A stretch of 64,000 nucleotides of DNA, from contig JAFYPA010000052.1 of the NCBI GenBank assembly GCA_017560085.1, forward strand, positions 65,928 to 129,927, given 5' to 3'. Made by a program: the position numbers and the translations under genes. The notes under the pieces are model-generated. The model saw nothing but the letters and a program-made list of their open reading frames with translations. It had not been told where the DNA came from and did not search any database. Position 1 is the stretch's first letter. Each line of letters starts with the position of its first letter. The DNA is from Clostridia bacterium. GTDB taxonomy: Bacteria > Bacillota > Clostridia > Oscillospirales > CAG-382. Shown piece by piece: positions 55,040 to 64,000 of the stretch.

Positions 55040-55590
55040 ATTGTTTTTTCTATCTTAAAAAGAGTCATAAGGAGCGAGAGAACAACATAAACCACCGCAA
55101 CCGCGACGAGATTACATATATATTCCGGAATGACCGCTCCTGCGAGTATATCCGCAAAGCCTATATTATGCCACGTTCCGAGAAGATAAAAGGCACTTAC
55201 CACCGACTTTATAAGAAGAAGCGGTGCCGCCGCAAAAACAGCATTTATTACACCCTTGCCTGAAAAAGCATAGGAAAGCTTCTGAGCATAATGGGCACAG
55301 ATGCAATATATAAGTGCGCTGAACACGGGAACAAAGCAGGTCACGTCAACAAGGAAGCCGAACACAATTCCCAGTATAACCGTCCTTCTTCTTGAGGAGA
55401 GAATCGCACTGCATATTACAAGTGCCGCCATAATGTCGGGCTTTACCGCATTCTGTGCTATATCCGCTCCGAAGGAAAGAAAGCCCATTCGGACACCGAG
55501 ATGAGGCATCACGGAGGCGGTAATAAGATAGAACACCGTAAATGTGGCTATGAAGAATATAAGCTCTCTTTTTCCGCTTGAATGTATCAT
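55036..55590 (-). CDS. Integral membrane protein (possibly MreD-like)
   Basis: 184-aa, 5-TM ORF with SD AAGGAGG. VKPDIMAALVI weakly resembles the MreD PDL motif. Confidence 0.4.
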   Translation of the reverse strand: MIHSSGKRELIFFIATFTVFYLITASVMPHLGVRMGFLSFGADIAQNAVKPDIMAALVICSAILSSRRRTVILGIVFGFLVDVTCFVPVFSALIYCICAHYAQKLSYAFSGKGVINAVFAAAPLLLIKSVVSAFYLLGTWHNIGFADILAGAVIPEYICNLVAVAVVYVVLSLLMTLFKIEKTI

Positions 55591-55636
55591 ATCCCGTTAC
55601 CTCCTTTTTTCGAAATGCATATCATTATATCGGATA

Positions 55637-56776
55637 TCAGCCTGCAGCCGCAGGTGTCATCATGGGAACAGTCGCCATGCTGTACTTTGCAACAACCTCA
55701 TCCTTTGTCTTTACCTTTTCGGAATAAGGCTTTATGAGGTCGGAATAAGCCTTGTTTCTGAGCACCGTCTCGATTTCACTGCTTGTGTCGCTGTAGGTGT
55801 TGTACTTTTCCTTGTCCATGGGGTACTTCTTCATAATGTGTGCACCGTAGGATGTGTAAACTGTCTTGATTTCGCCCTCTGCCATTGTGAGTGCGGCATC
55901 CTGGAATTCGGGCATAAACTTGCCGTTATCCGTTACGAAGTAGCCCTCTGTGTAAATAGCGTTTCCGGGGTCTGCGCCCTCGTATTCGGCGAAGATTGCC
56001 TCGAATTCCTCGCCTGAAGCGATTCTTGCCTCGATTGTCTTAACCTCGGAGAGCTTTGCTTCCTTTTCCTCTGCGGTGAGGGAAACCTTTTCGCCCGCCT
56101 CGTTGGTCTTGGAGTTTGTGTTTACGAGAATGTGCTTTACTATTGCGTATTTTTCACCGAAGTATTCCTTCTTGTCATCCTCGGAAACATCAACAGCCTT
56201 TCGAAGCTCTGTTGCCTTGTAGCTCATTTCACAGTACTTACGGAAGTCCTCCATTGTGATTCCGAGTCCCGAAATAAAGGAATTGAAGTCCTCCTTGGAG
56301 CCGATTGCAAGCTGAATCTGAGAAACCTGGTTGTCTATCTGTGCCTCAAGCTTCTTGTCGGAGTCCGCAAGAAGTCTGCCCGTAACATTATCCTGACCCT
56401 TGAGTCTGTCATACATATAGGACGCGGCAATCATATCCTTTGCCGTTCTCATTGCCGCCTCGTTCTGAATATCCGCGAAGGTTTTGTCCTCCATACCGGG
56501 CACAGCCTCATCACCGATAATCTGTGCGTATTCGCCCACGGTAACCGTCCAGAATTCGGGAATATCCGTTGTTGAGCCGAGGCTGTTTACAAGGAAGTCG
56601 GTCTTTTCCATAGACATATGGAAGGAGAGCATATTTTCATTGAAGCCCTGAACGATTTCGCCGTTTTCGTCCTCAAGGCATATAACATCATACTTCTTTG
56701 TGCTGCAGGAGGCAAGTGAAAATGCCATCATGGAAAGCACGACAAGAATACTTAAAATTTTAACCGCTGTTTTCAT
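55637..56776 (-). CDS. PrsA/SurA-like peptidyl-prolyl isomerase lipoprotein
   Basis: Lipobox LASCS and a parvulin-type segment YAIVKHILV. Its position directly after mfd is common in Clostridia. Confidence 0.6.
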   Translation of the reverse strand: MKTAVKILSILVVLSMMAFSLASCSTKKYDVICLEDENGEIVQGFNENMLSFHMSMEKTDFLVNSLGSTTDIPEFWTVTVGEYAQIIGDEAVPGMEDKTFADIQNEAAMRTAKDMIAASYMYDRLKGQDNVTGRLLADSDKKLEAQIDNQVSQIQLAIGSKEDFNSFISGLGITMEDFRKYCEMSYKATELRKAVDVSEDDKKEYFGEKYAIVKHILVNTNSKTNEAGEKVSLTAEEKEAKLSEVKTIEARIASGEEFEAIFAEYEGADPGNAIYTEGYFVTDNGKFMPEFQDAALTMAEGEIKTVYTSYGAHIMKKYPMDKEKYNTYSDTSSEIETVLRNKAYSDLIKPYSEKVKTKDEVVAKYSMATVPMMTPAAAG

Positions 56777-56837
56777 TGGTATAGTGTCCTTTCTTTTAAA
56801 GAATACTTAAAGATATACATTATAATTATAGCAGACT

Positions 56838-59800
56838 TCATTCCTCTTTTGGTGAATAAAGATTAAATATTTTATCCGTAAAGTCCGCCACATCCTTCTC
56901 GGAGGTGATTTTTATGCTGTAATAAGGATTTGCACCCGCACAGTAAAGCAGAGCCTTGCCGAAAACGGCGTACATTTCCCTGAGTATTTCCTTTGAGGGG
57001 CTTTCGGGGTACACGTTGAGCCTGCCCGACTTCACCTCAAGGCGCTTTATCTTCGCCTTTTCCCCTCTTGCACGGATTTTGGAAATCCAGATGAGAGTTA
57101 CCACGGATTTGGGCATCTCGCCGTATCTGTCGAGAAGCTCGTCCGTTACATCGTCCGCATCGGCATCGCTTTCTATTGCGGCAATTTTCTTGTACGCCTC
57201 GATTCTCGCACCGGGGACGGAAATATAGCTGTCGGGGATATATGCGTTTCTGCCGAAGTCAATGGTACACTCGCACTTTTTGGGAAGAGCCTCGCCCTTT
57301 TCCTCAAGCACAGCCTCCTCAAGAAGCTTTATATAAAGGTCATAGCCCACCGCTTCAAGGTGTCCCGACTGCTCCGCACCGAGAAGATTTCCCGCACCTC
57401 TTATTTCAAGGTCACGCATTGCTATCTTGAAGCCCGAGCCGAATTCGGTATATTCACGCACCGCCTCAAGACGCTTCTGTGCGATTTCCGAAAGTGCCTT
57501 TGTGCCGTCGTAGGTAAGGTATGCATACGCTCTTCTTGTGCTTCTGCCCACTCGTCCCCTTATCTGATGAAGCTGTGAAAGACCCATTCTGTCAGCGTGC
57601 TCGATGATAATGGTATTGGCATTGGGAACATCCACGCCTGTTTCTATTATGGTTGTACACACAAGGACATCGATATCTCCGTCTACAAGCCTTCGCCAGA
57701 TATCGGAAAGCACATCCTCCGTCATCTGTCCGTGGGCAATTGCTATATTGGCATCGGGCACCATTTTGCGTATTGTTTCCGCCGTGCCCTCTATGCCGTC
57801 CACCTTATTGCGCAGGTAAAAGACCTGACCGCCTCGCCGAAGCTCCCTCTTTATTGCCTCTCCTATGACCTCGTTGTCGTGCTCCATAACATAGGTCTGC
57901 ACGGGATATCTGTCCTGCGGTGCTTCCTCAAGCACGGACATATCACGGATGCCCGCCATTGCCATATTGAGAGTTCTCGGAATGGGCGTTGCGGTAAGAG
58001 TAAGAACATCTATATTCTGTGCGAGCTGCTTGAGCTTTTCCTTGTGGGCAACACCGAATCTCTGCTCCTCGTCCACGACAAGAAGCCCGAGATCCTTGAA
58101 TTCTATATCCTTTGAAAGAAGTCTGTGCGTGCCTATAATAAGGTCAACATTACCGATGCGGAGATTCTTCAGCGTTTCCTTTATTTGCTTTGGGCTTTTA
58201 AATCTTGAAACCACATCTATATTGCAGGGGAAGTCCGCAAATCTTGAGAGTGCTGTTTCGTAATGCTGCCACGCAAGAATCGTCGTCGGCACGAGAATTG
58301 CCGCCTGCTTGCCCTCCGCAATGCACTTGAACACCGCACGGAGCGCAACCTCTGTTTTTCCGAAGCCTACATCACCGCACAAAAGTCTGTCCATCGGGTA
58401 GGATTCCTGCATATCCTTCTTGATTTCGGATATAGCCTCAAGCTGACCGTCCGTTTCCTCATATATGAATTTGCCCTCGAAGTCTCTCTGCCATTCGCTG
58501 TCTGCACCGAAGGCATAGCCGGGGAGCCTTCTTCTCTTTGCGTAAAGCTCTATGAGCTCCTTTGCCATATCCTTGGCGGCTTTTTTAACTCTGGTTTTGG
58601 TTTTCTGCCAGTCCTGACCGCCGATTTTGGAAAGCTTTACATTTTCGCCTGCACCCGCATATCGGGAAACTCTGTCGAGCTGGTCTGCGGGGACGTAGTT
58701 TACGTCGTTCCCTGCGTAGGTTATTGCGATGTAGTCCTTTGTGATGCCTCCTACGGTAAGCGTTTTTATTCCGTCGTAACGACCTATACCGTGTACCGTG
58801 TGTACGACATAATCTCCGACATTGAGGTCGGAATAGGAAAGTATTCTCTTTGCGGAGGATTTGCTTCTGCCCGCTCTTCTTGCCGCCGCCTTTGTTGCGG
58901 TATATTCGGTATTGCCCTCCGTCAGGAATGCAAGCCTTGAGGTTGTAAGCTCAAAGCCGGGGAATACCTGCGTCTGCTCGTCCTTGTAGGTTATATATAC
59001 ATGCTGTGCGGACATGGAATCGCATTTGATTTCGGACGGTGACACGACTATTGACTTTATGCTTCTTTCCGTCATAAGCGAGCCGAGTACGCCCGCACTG
59101 TGCACCGAGCCCGCAAGGATTATGCTTCTGAAGCCTCGTTCTCTGTAGTCCTCAAGGTCGTCGCAAAGCACCTCCATATCCCTTGTGAATGCGGTGGTTG
59201 CCTTTGTTCTGAAATTGTATATGCCCGAAAACTTCATATTGGAGCTTTGTGTGAAGGTATTGCACACAAGCGTGGGCTTCTCGCGGATTTTCGAGAGAAG
59301 ATATTCGTAATTTTCGCAGTAGGATGTCTTTCTGAGGTTGATTTCTCCGTGCTCCGCAAGGAAGGTAACGGTTTGTGCAAGCTGCATTTCGTAGCTTTCG
59401 AGTCTTTCCGTTATTCTTGCAAGGTCAAAGAGGAAAATGCATCCGTCGGCGTAGTCGAGGAGAGTTGATTTCTCCGCAAGCACGCTCGGAAGGTACTTGT
59501 CAATGCAGGCAAGAGTGCCCTCTGCAAGGGATGCCTTTTCCGAAAGAAGCTTGGTTATAAGACCTTCGTAGTCGGCTACCTTGAGTTTGTCGCCGCTTCT
59601 TTCCGCCATCATTCTGCGCTTCTGTGCGTTGGAGAGAAGCTCGTCAATCTCCGCCTCTATTTTCTTCTGCTCGTCCTCGCTTATGAGGATTTCCTTTGCG
59701 GGGGAAATGACGATATCCGTAACATTCTCCGTTCTTCGCTGTGTGAGGATATCGAATGTGCCCGCACAGTCAAGCTCGTCGCCGAAGAATTCCATTCTGA

Positions 59801-60425
59801 CAGGGCTTTGCATATCGGGAGGGAAAACGTCAAGAATGTCTCCCCTTGCGGAAAACTGTCCCCTGCCCTCTACTGTGTCCGCCCTTGTATAGCCGAAATA
59901 CACAAGCTTTTCAAGAAGCTCCTCGGTCGGGTATTCGTCACCGACGGAAATGCGTATTTCCTCGGCGCATCTTTCCTTGGGAGGAAGAATTCCGAGAAGT
60001 GCTTCGGGCACGCATATAACCATTTTTGCCCTTCCCGAGGCGATGGCACGGATGGCGTTTATTCTGTCGTGCTCAAACTCACGGCTTGTTGCACTGATAT
60101 TGTAAAATACATAGTCGCGCTGTGAAAAAACAAGTATTCCGTCGGAAAACGCAGAAAGAAACCTTGCGAGATTATACGCCGTTTTTTCATCGGGAACGCA
60201 TATAATACTGCAGGAATTTTCATCCGTCACGGAGCTTTCCGAGGCAAGGGCATAGCAAAGTGCGGCACGCGGTGTATCCGCAAGACCGGTTGCCATAATG
60301 GGGTCGTCTCTGTAAAGACTTCCCGATGCCTTGAACGCTTCCAGCCTTGAAAGTATTCTGCCGTATTCGGGCTCGCCCTTTACCGCTTCGGTTATGATTC
60401 TTGCTTCCTCTGTTTTAAAGCTCAT
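56838..60425 (-). CDS. mfd: Transcription-repair coupling factor
   Basis: Start moved to ATG 60425 (SD GGAAAGGAAG). It has a UvrB-homology N-terminus and an RNAP-interaction region. Helicase motifs are GDVGFGKTEVA and VVDEEQRFG, and a TRCF C-terminus is present. Confidence 0.9.
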   Translation of the reverse strand: MSFKTEEARIITEAVKGEPEYGRILSRLEAFKASGSLYRDDPIMATGLADTPRAALCYALASESSVTDENSCSIICVPDEKTAYNLARFLSAFSDGILVFSQRDYVFYNISATSREFEHDRINAIRAIASGRAKMVICVPEALLGILPPKERCAEEIRISVGDEYPTEELLEKLVYFGYTRADTVEGRGQFSARGDILDVFPPDMQSPVRMEFFGDELDCAGTFDILTQRRTENVTDIVISPAKEILISEDEQKKIEAEIDELLSNAQKRRMMAERSGDKLKVADYEGLITKLLSEKASLAEGTLACIDKYLPSVLAEKSTLLDYADGCIFLFDLARITERLESYEMQLAQTVTFLAEHGEINLRKTSYCENYEYLLSKIREKPTLVCNTFTQSSNMKFSGIYNFRTKATTAFTRDMEVLCDDLEDYRERGFRSIILAGSVHSAGVLGSLMTERSIKSIVVSPSEIKCDSMSAQHVYITYKDEQTQVFPGFELTTSRLAFLTEGNTEYTATKAAARRAGRSKSSAKRILSYSDLNVGDYVVHTVHGIGRYDGIKTLTVGGITKDYIAITYAGNDVNYVPADQLDRVSRYAGAGENVKLSKIGGQDWQKTKTRVKKAAKDMAKELIELYAKRRRLPGYAFGADSEWQRDFEGKFIYEETDGQLEAISEIKKDMQESYPMDRLLCGDVGFGKTEVALRAVFKCIAEGKQAAILVPTTILAWQHYETALSRFADFPCNIDVVSRFKSPKQIKETLKNLRIGNVDLIIGTHRLLSKDIEFKDLGLLVVDEEQRFGVAHKEKLKQLAQNIDVLTLTATPIPRTLNMAMAGIRDMSVLEEAPQDRYPVQTYVMEHDNEVIGEAIKRELRRGGQVFYLRNKVDGIEGTAETIRKMVPDANIAIAHGQMTEDVLSDIWRRLVDGDIDVLVCTTIIETGVDVPNANTIIIEHADRMGLSQLHQIRGRVGRSTRRAYAYLTYDGTKALSEIAQKRLEAVREYTEFGSGFKIAMRDLEIRGAGNLLGAEQSGHLEAVGYDLYIKLLEEAVLEEKGEALPKKCECTIDFGRNAYIPDSYISVPGARIEAYKKIAAIESDADADDVTDELLDRYGEMPKSVVTLIWISKIRARGEKAKIKRLEVKSGRLNVYPESPSKEILREMYAVFGKALLYCAGANPYYSIKITSEKDVADFTDKIFNLYSPKEE

Positions 60426-60604
60426 TTTCCGCACTTCCTTTCCTTCCGTGTGTTTGTAAAATCAAAAAACGATACGGCACATAAAGAGATATACCCCTCT
60501 ATGCGCCTTGTTATTACTATTTGCTACATATTATATACCATTATGCTCTGTTTGTCAAGACAAAAACCGAAAACGGCAGACAGTTGTCCGCCGTTTTTTG
60601 CAGA

Positions 60605-62080
60605 TTATTTTCCGATGGTAATTCCGCTTAAAACACCGAGCGATGCCTTGTTGAGCTCGAAGAGCTTTATTATGCTGCTGCCCTTGTCGGTGCTCATTAT
60701 TGTGCTTTTTCCGCTTTCGAGGCTGATGCTTCTTGTTTCTATGCCGACCATCCTGTTTCCGCTGTATTTTGCAAAAGCGAGGAATGCGGAATAGGGTGTG
60801 GAAAGTCCGTTGCGGATTGCGTAGTTGTACGTACCCTTATACTCAACTATATTCGAGCGGTAAAGCGTTCCGTCAAGAAGCCTCTGCGCTATTCCCGCAC
60901 AGTTTACCTTACCGTTGCCGTAGCTCATATCCCAGCCCGTTATACCGAGGTCTGTGGCTGTGTCGCAGATAAGACTCTTCATTTCCGCGGGAGTTGTATC
61001 CGGCTTATATCCGAGAATAAGCGCCGCAACGCCCGTTACCATAGGAGCGGCAAAGGAAGTACCGCTGTTGTATCTGTAGCCCGTATCCGAATTTTTAAGA
61101 CAGTATACCATTCTTCCCTGAGCGGAAATATCAACGCCTGCATTTTCCTGGGATGAACTCCAATGCATACCGTCAGCCGTGATGTTCGCAACGGAGATTG
61201 TTGCGTCATAGGATGCTGGGTAATAATCGGCATCAAGCGTGTTCGACTGACTTCCGTTGTTTCCCGCGGCGGCTATTATTTGAACTCCCTTTGAGGATGC
61301 ATAATTTACTGCAGCAAGAAGAGATTTACTGCTGTCCTTAGCCGCACCGCAGCTCATATTTATAACATCACAGCCGTACACATCAATAGCTCTGTATATT
61401 CCCTTAACAAGATTAGAAACATTTCCGACTCCGCTGTCGGTGAATGCCTTTAAGGGAACAATCTTTGCCTCAAAGGCGATACCTCTGTAATGGTCGCCGT
61501 TTGCCGCGATAATTCCCGAAACGCAGGTGCCGTGTCCGTGACCGTCAAGTGTAATGTATCTTTTGGAGGAGTCCGTATCGACATCGGGGCTGACGTTTTC
61601 GCCTGAAAGTATGTTGCCCGCAATATCGGCATTCGGATAAACACCGCTGTCTATAACACCGACAACAACGCCCTTGCCCGTAAATCCGAGGCTCCAGAGT
61701 GACTGAACATTCAGAAGATTGTAGGATTTTCCGAGAGGAACTGTGGAAGAGCTTGTCCCGGAATCTATTGTCATATATTCTGATGTGTTCGGCATATCGA
61801 AGAGATATGCGGGAGCATCCTCCTCATAGTATTCGATAAGTCCCATTTCCATGTACTTTTCGATTACCGCCATATCGTCGGTTTTGAATATGCCGTGATT
61901 TTTGGCGATTGCCTTGTCCTCATCGAAGCATTCCTCTGTCATAAGGCTTGCTTCTTCGTCGCAGAGCATTGCGGCATCGGAATCAATCTTGAAAATATAG
62001 TCCGTCGCAAACGCCGAGACTTCAAGCACGGCGCACACGGCGACTGCCGCTATTAAGTTCAGAAATCCTTTTAACTTCAT
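60605..62080 (-). CDS. Secreted S8-family (subtilisin-like) serine peptidase
   Basis: Signal peptide. Catalytic triad contexts are VIDSGV, HGHGTCVSG and SGTSFAAPMVTG. Confidence 0.85.
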   Translation of the reverse strand: MKLKGFLNLIAAVAVCAVLEVSAFATDYIFKIDSDAAMLCDEEASLMTEECFDEDKAIAKNHGIFKTDDMAVIEKYMEMGLIEYYEEDAPAYLFDMPNTSEYMTIDSGTSSSTVPLGKSYNLLNVQSLWSLGFTGKGVVVGVIDSGVYPNADIAGNILSGENVSPDVDTDSSKRYITLDGHGHGTCVSGIIAANGDHYRGIAFEAKIVPLKAFTDSGVGNVSNLVKGIYRAIDVYGCDVINMSCGAAKDSSKSLLAAVNYASSKGVQIIAAAGNNGSQSNTLDADYYPASYDATISVANITADGMHWSSSQENAGVDISAQGRMVYCLKNSDTGYRYNSGTSFAAPMVTGVAALILGYKPDTTPAEMKSLICDTATDLGITGWDMSYGNGKVNCAGIAQRLLDGTLYRSNIVEYKGTYNYAIRNGLSTPYSAFLAFAKYSGNRMVGIETRSISLESGKSTIMSTDKGSSIIKLFELNKASLGVLSGITIGK

Positions 62081-62115
62081 ATTTACGACCTTTCCTTTCG
62101 TCGTATTCCTTTGAG

Positions 62116-63159
62116 TTATCTGTCGGAAAGCACGGAATATCCTACTCCGTCCGTAAGCACCGTAACCGTACCTATATCGGCTGTTACATATACGGCAGAG
62201 CCGTTGTCACCGAGTCGTTTTACGATTTCCGCATTGGGATGTCCGTAGCTGTTGTCAACTCCGCAGCTTATAACCGAAACATCGGGGCTGACCGCTCTTA
62301 CGAAATCCGCCGTGCTTGAGGTATCCGAGCCGTGGTGAGCTACCTTGTAAAGCTCGCAGTCGAGGTCGTCACCGTAAAGAAGGAGGCTGTCCTCCACTAT
62401 TCTTTCGGCATCACCCGAGAACATTGCGTCATAGCCCTTATATGAAAGCTTCATAACGACACTGCTGTTGTTGAGCTCCTCCTCGTCACATTCGAAGGGA
62501 GCGAGAATGCTGAGTGTGCATCCGTCGATTTCGTATCTGTCGCCGGGCTCTGCACTGTAGACCTTACAGCCGTTTTTCTTTTCCCTTGCGATTGCACGGT
62601 AGAACTTATCGAAAAGCGTTGTATTTGTTGCGGCATCCGGCATAATTACGCATTTTACATCGAATTTCGCAAGGACACTTGCCGCACCGCCTATGTGGTC
62701 GTTGTGGGGATGAGTGAGAATGAGATAATCGATTTCGTCAACGCCCGACGCCTCAAGGTGCTTTATGAGTCTTGTTTCTATGCTTGTTCCTGTATCAACA
62801 AGGATGTATTCTCCGCCCGGTGTTGTGATAAGAGTACTGTCACCCTGACCGACGTCTATGAAGTCGAATCGCAGAAGCGAATCCGTTTCGGCAAAAGTCG
62901 TCGGAGGCACGGAGCTTTTTGTTGCTCCCGTCGGGGTTGCGATTTTTTCGGGAAGGCTCACGGAGGTATTTCCGAAGCCGCCCATATTCGCAAGTGCGAT
63001 TACCGCTATTGCGATTACCGCAATAAACGCCACCGCCGTCAGAAGCTTGTCGCCCTGCTTTTTACGGATTTTCTTTTTTTGTCTTGATGATTTTGACGGT
63101 GTGGAGCGGGACTTACCTTTGCCTGCTCCCGCACCCTTTCCTTTTGATTTTCCGGGCAT
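62116..63159 (-). CDS. Membrane-anchored MBL-fold hydrolase, ComEC/Rec2 C-terminal-domain type
   Basis: Lys-rich N-terminus followed by one TM helix. Motifs FIDVGQGDS and LILTHPHNDHIGG. Confidence 0.75.
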   Translation of the reverse strand: MPGKSKGKGAGAGKGKSRSTPSKSSRQKKKIRKKQGDKLLTAVAFIAVIAIAVIALANMGGFGNTSVSLPEKIATPTGATKSSVPPTTFAETDSLLRFDFIDVGQGDSTLITTPGGEYILVDTGTSIETRLIKHLEASGVDEIDYLILTHPHNDHIGGAASVLAKFDVKCVIMPDAATNTTLFDKFYRAIAREKKNGCKVYSAEPGDRYEIDGCTLSILAPFECDEEELNNSSVVMKLSYKGYDAMFSGDAERIVEDSLLLYGDDLDCELYKVAHHGSDTSSTADFVRAVSPDVSVISCGVDNSYGHPNAEIVKRLGDNGSAVYVTADIGTVTVLTDGVGYSVLSDR

Positions 63160-63200
63160 TTTTTCTCCCTTGAATTTCTGTATTTATAGGTTGCCGAAGA

Positions 63201-64000
63201 TTATTCGGCGTTTTCCTTGTTCTTGATTTCGAGGAATTCCTCTCTTGTGATAAGCACTCTTCTCGGCTTTGAGCCCTCAAAGGGGCCTACAAAGCCCATT
63301 TCGGAAAGCATATCCACGATTCTTGCGGCTCTTGCATAGCCGAGGGAAAGCTTTCTCTGAACCAGCGATGTGGAAATCTGTCCCATATCGACACCGAGTT
63401 CCAGTGCGGGAATCATCATTTCGTCCCTTTCGAAGCCCTCTGTTGTGCCGACGTAGGTTTCCGCTCCCTCGGAGCCTCCGCCCTTGCCCTTCTTCTTTTC
63501 CGAGCACTTCATGGCTTCCATTTCGATTGCGTTCTGGATGTCATCGTCATATGCAACAATACCGCTTCCGCGAAGGAAGTCCGTGATTTCCTCGATAACA
63601 GAGTCGGGGCCTACAAAGGAGCCCTGGACTCTTGTGGGCTTCATGCATCCTACGGGAGCATAAAGCATATCACCCTTACCTACAAGGTTTTCCGCACCGA
63701 TTGTATCAAGAATGGTTCTTGAGTCGACCTGAGAAGCAACGGTGAACGCAATTCTCGAAGGTACGTTTGCCTTGATTACGCCCGTGATAACGTCAACGGA
63801 GGGTCTCTGTGTACCGATGATAAGGTGCATACCTGCGGCTCTCGCCTTCTGTGCAAGACGGCAGATGGAGGTTTCGACCTCGTCTCTTGCTGTCATCATA
63901 AGGTCAGCAAGCTCGTCTATGATAATTACTATCTGGCACATCTTCTTGAATCTCGGGTCCTTCTCGCACACTGCGTTGTAGGACTTGATGTCACGGCACT
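63201..64000 (-). CDS. ftsK: DNA translocase FtsK/SpoIIIE, C-terminal part (N-terminus beyond the window)
   Basis: Walker B IIIDELADLM, GTQRPS, and gamma-domain wHTH LVQRKLSLGYARAARIVDMLSEMGFVGP. The frame stays open to base 64000. Confidence 0.9.
   Translation of the reverse strand, partial: CRDIKSYNAVCEKDPRFKKMCQIVIIIDELADLMMTARDEVETSICRLAQKARAAGMHLIIGTQRPSVDVITGVIKANVPSRIAFTVASQVDSRTILDTIGAENLVGKGDMLYAPVGCMKPTRVQGSFVGPDSVIEEITDFLRGSGIVAYDDDIQNAIEMEAMKCSEKKKGKGGGSEGAETYVGTTEGFERDEMMIPALELGVDMGQISTSLVQRKLSLGYARAARIVDMLSEMGFVGPFEGSKPRRVLITREEFLEIKNKENAE

Noticed and set aside
55544-60125. Plus-strand ORFs antisense to the PPIase and mfd genes (55544-56017, 56132-56575, 57597-58115, 58263-58940, 59100-59468 and others)
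   Set aside because: mfd and the PrsA-like gene are unambiguous on the minus strand.
1-64000. Prophage, integrative-element or genomic-island borders around the defence operon
   Set aside because: I found no integrase, recombinase, transposase, tRNA target or direct repeats flanking 2625-7627, and no obvious compositional shift by eye. Mobility of the locus cannot be claimed from this window.

Overview
This is a 64-kb chromosomal segment that looks like a gut or rumen Clostridia genome. It is Ruminococcus-like: about 50% GC by eye, strong GGAGG-type SD sites, many TTGACA-N17-TATAAT promoters, and secreted proteins ending in dockerin modules. I recognised no rRNA, tRNA, CRISPR array, transposase or integrase.

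Layout, left to right:
1. A nuclease-XPD/DinG-type helicase gene that runs off the left edge.
2. A 487-nt hairpin-rich non-coding spacer.
3. A tightly packed three-gene operon: TerB-N/TerB-C-like protein, DUF2791/BrxC-BrxD-type P-loop ATPase, and Lhr-like DExH helicase. This matches the architecture of the Shango anti-phage system and is the best candidate system in the window.
4. A MarR plus heterodimeric ABC exporter operon.
5. A cytoplasmic glycan-processing cluster: AraA-family isomerase, WbsX/GH99-like protein, two tandem clan GH-A-like paralogs and an SGNH esterase.
6. Assorted genes: YgjV, M20 dipeptidase, macro-HTH fusion, GNAT, patatin, vWA, LRR-dockerin protein, YbaK-like, threonine-aldolase-like and AraC.
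7. A 3,646-aa secreted protein with beta-helix modules, Listeria-Bacteroides-type repeats, cohesin-like modules and a dockerin.
8. A sugar-acid/pentose neighbourhood: GntR, an orphan SBP, araD, an araM-like gene, two intracellular beta-helix paralogs flanking small membrane proteins, a HAD hydrolase and uxuA.
9. A housekeeping block: RNHCP protein, holA, radical SAM, PrsA-like PPIase, mfd, S8 protease, ComEC-type MBL hydrolase and ftsK (partial).

The main sequence-level oddity is a family of 4-5-copy tandem heptanucleotide arrays (UUUUGCA, UUAUGCA and UUCUUAA types on the mRNA strand). Three of them sit in the spacer just 5' of a start codon; two of those fill the whole spacer.

All calls come from reading the translations and the DNA by eye. 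No database search was run.
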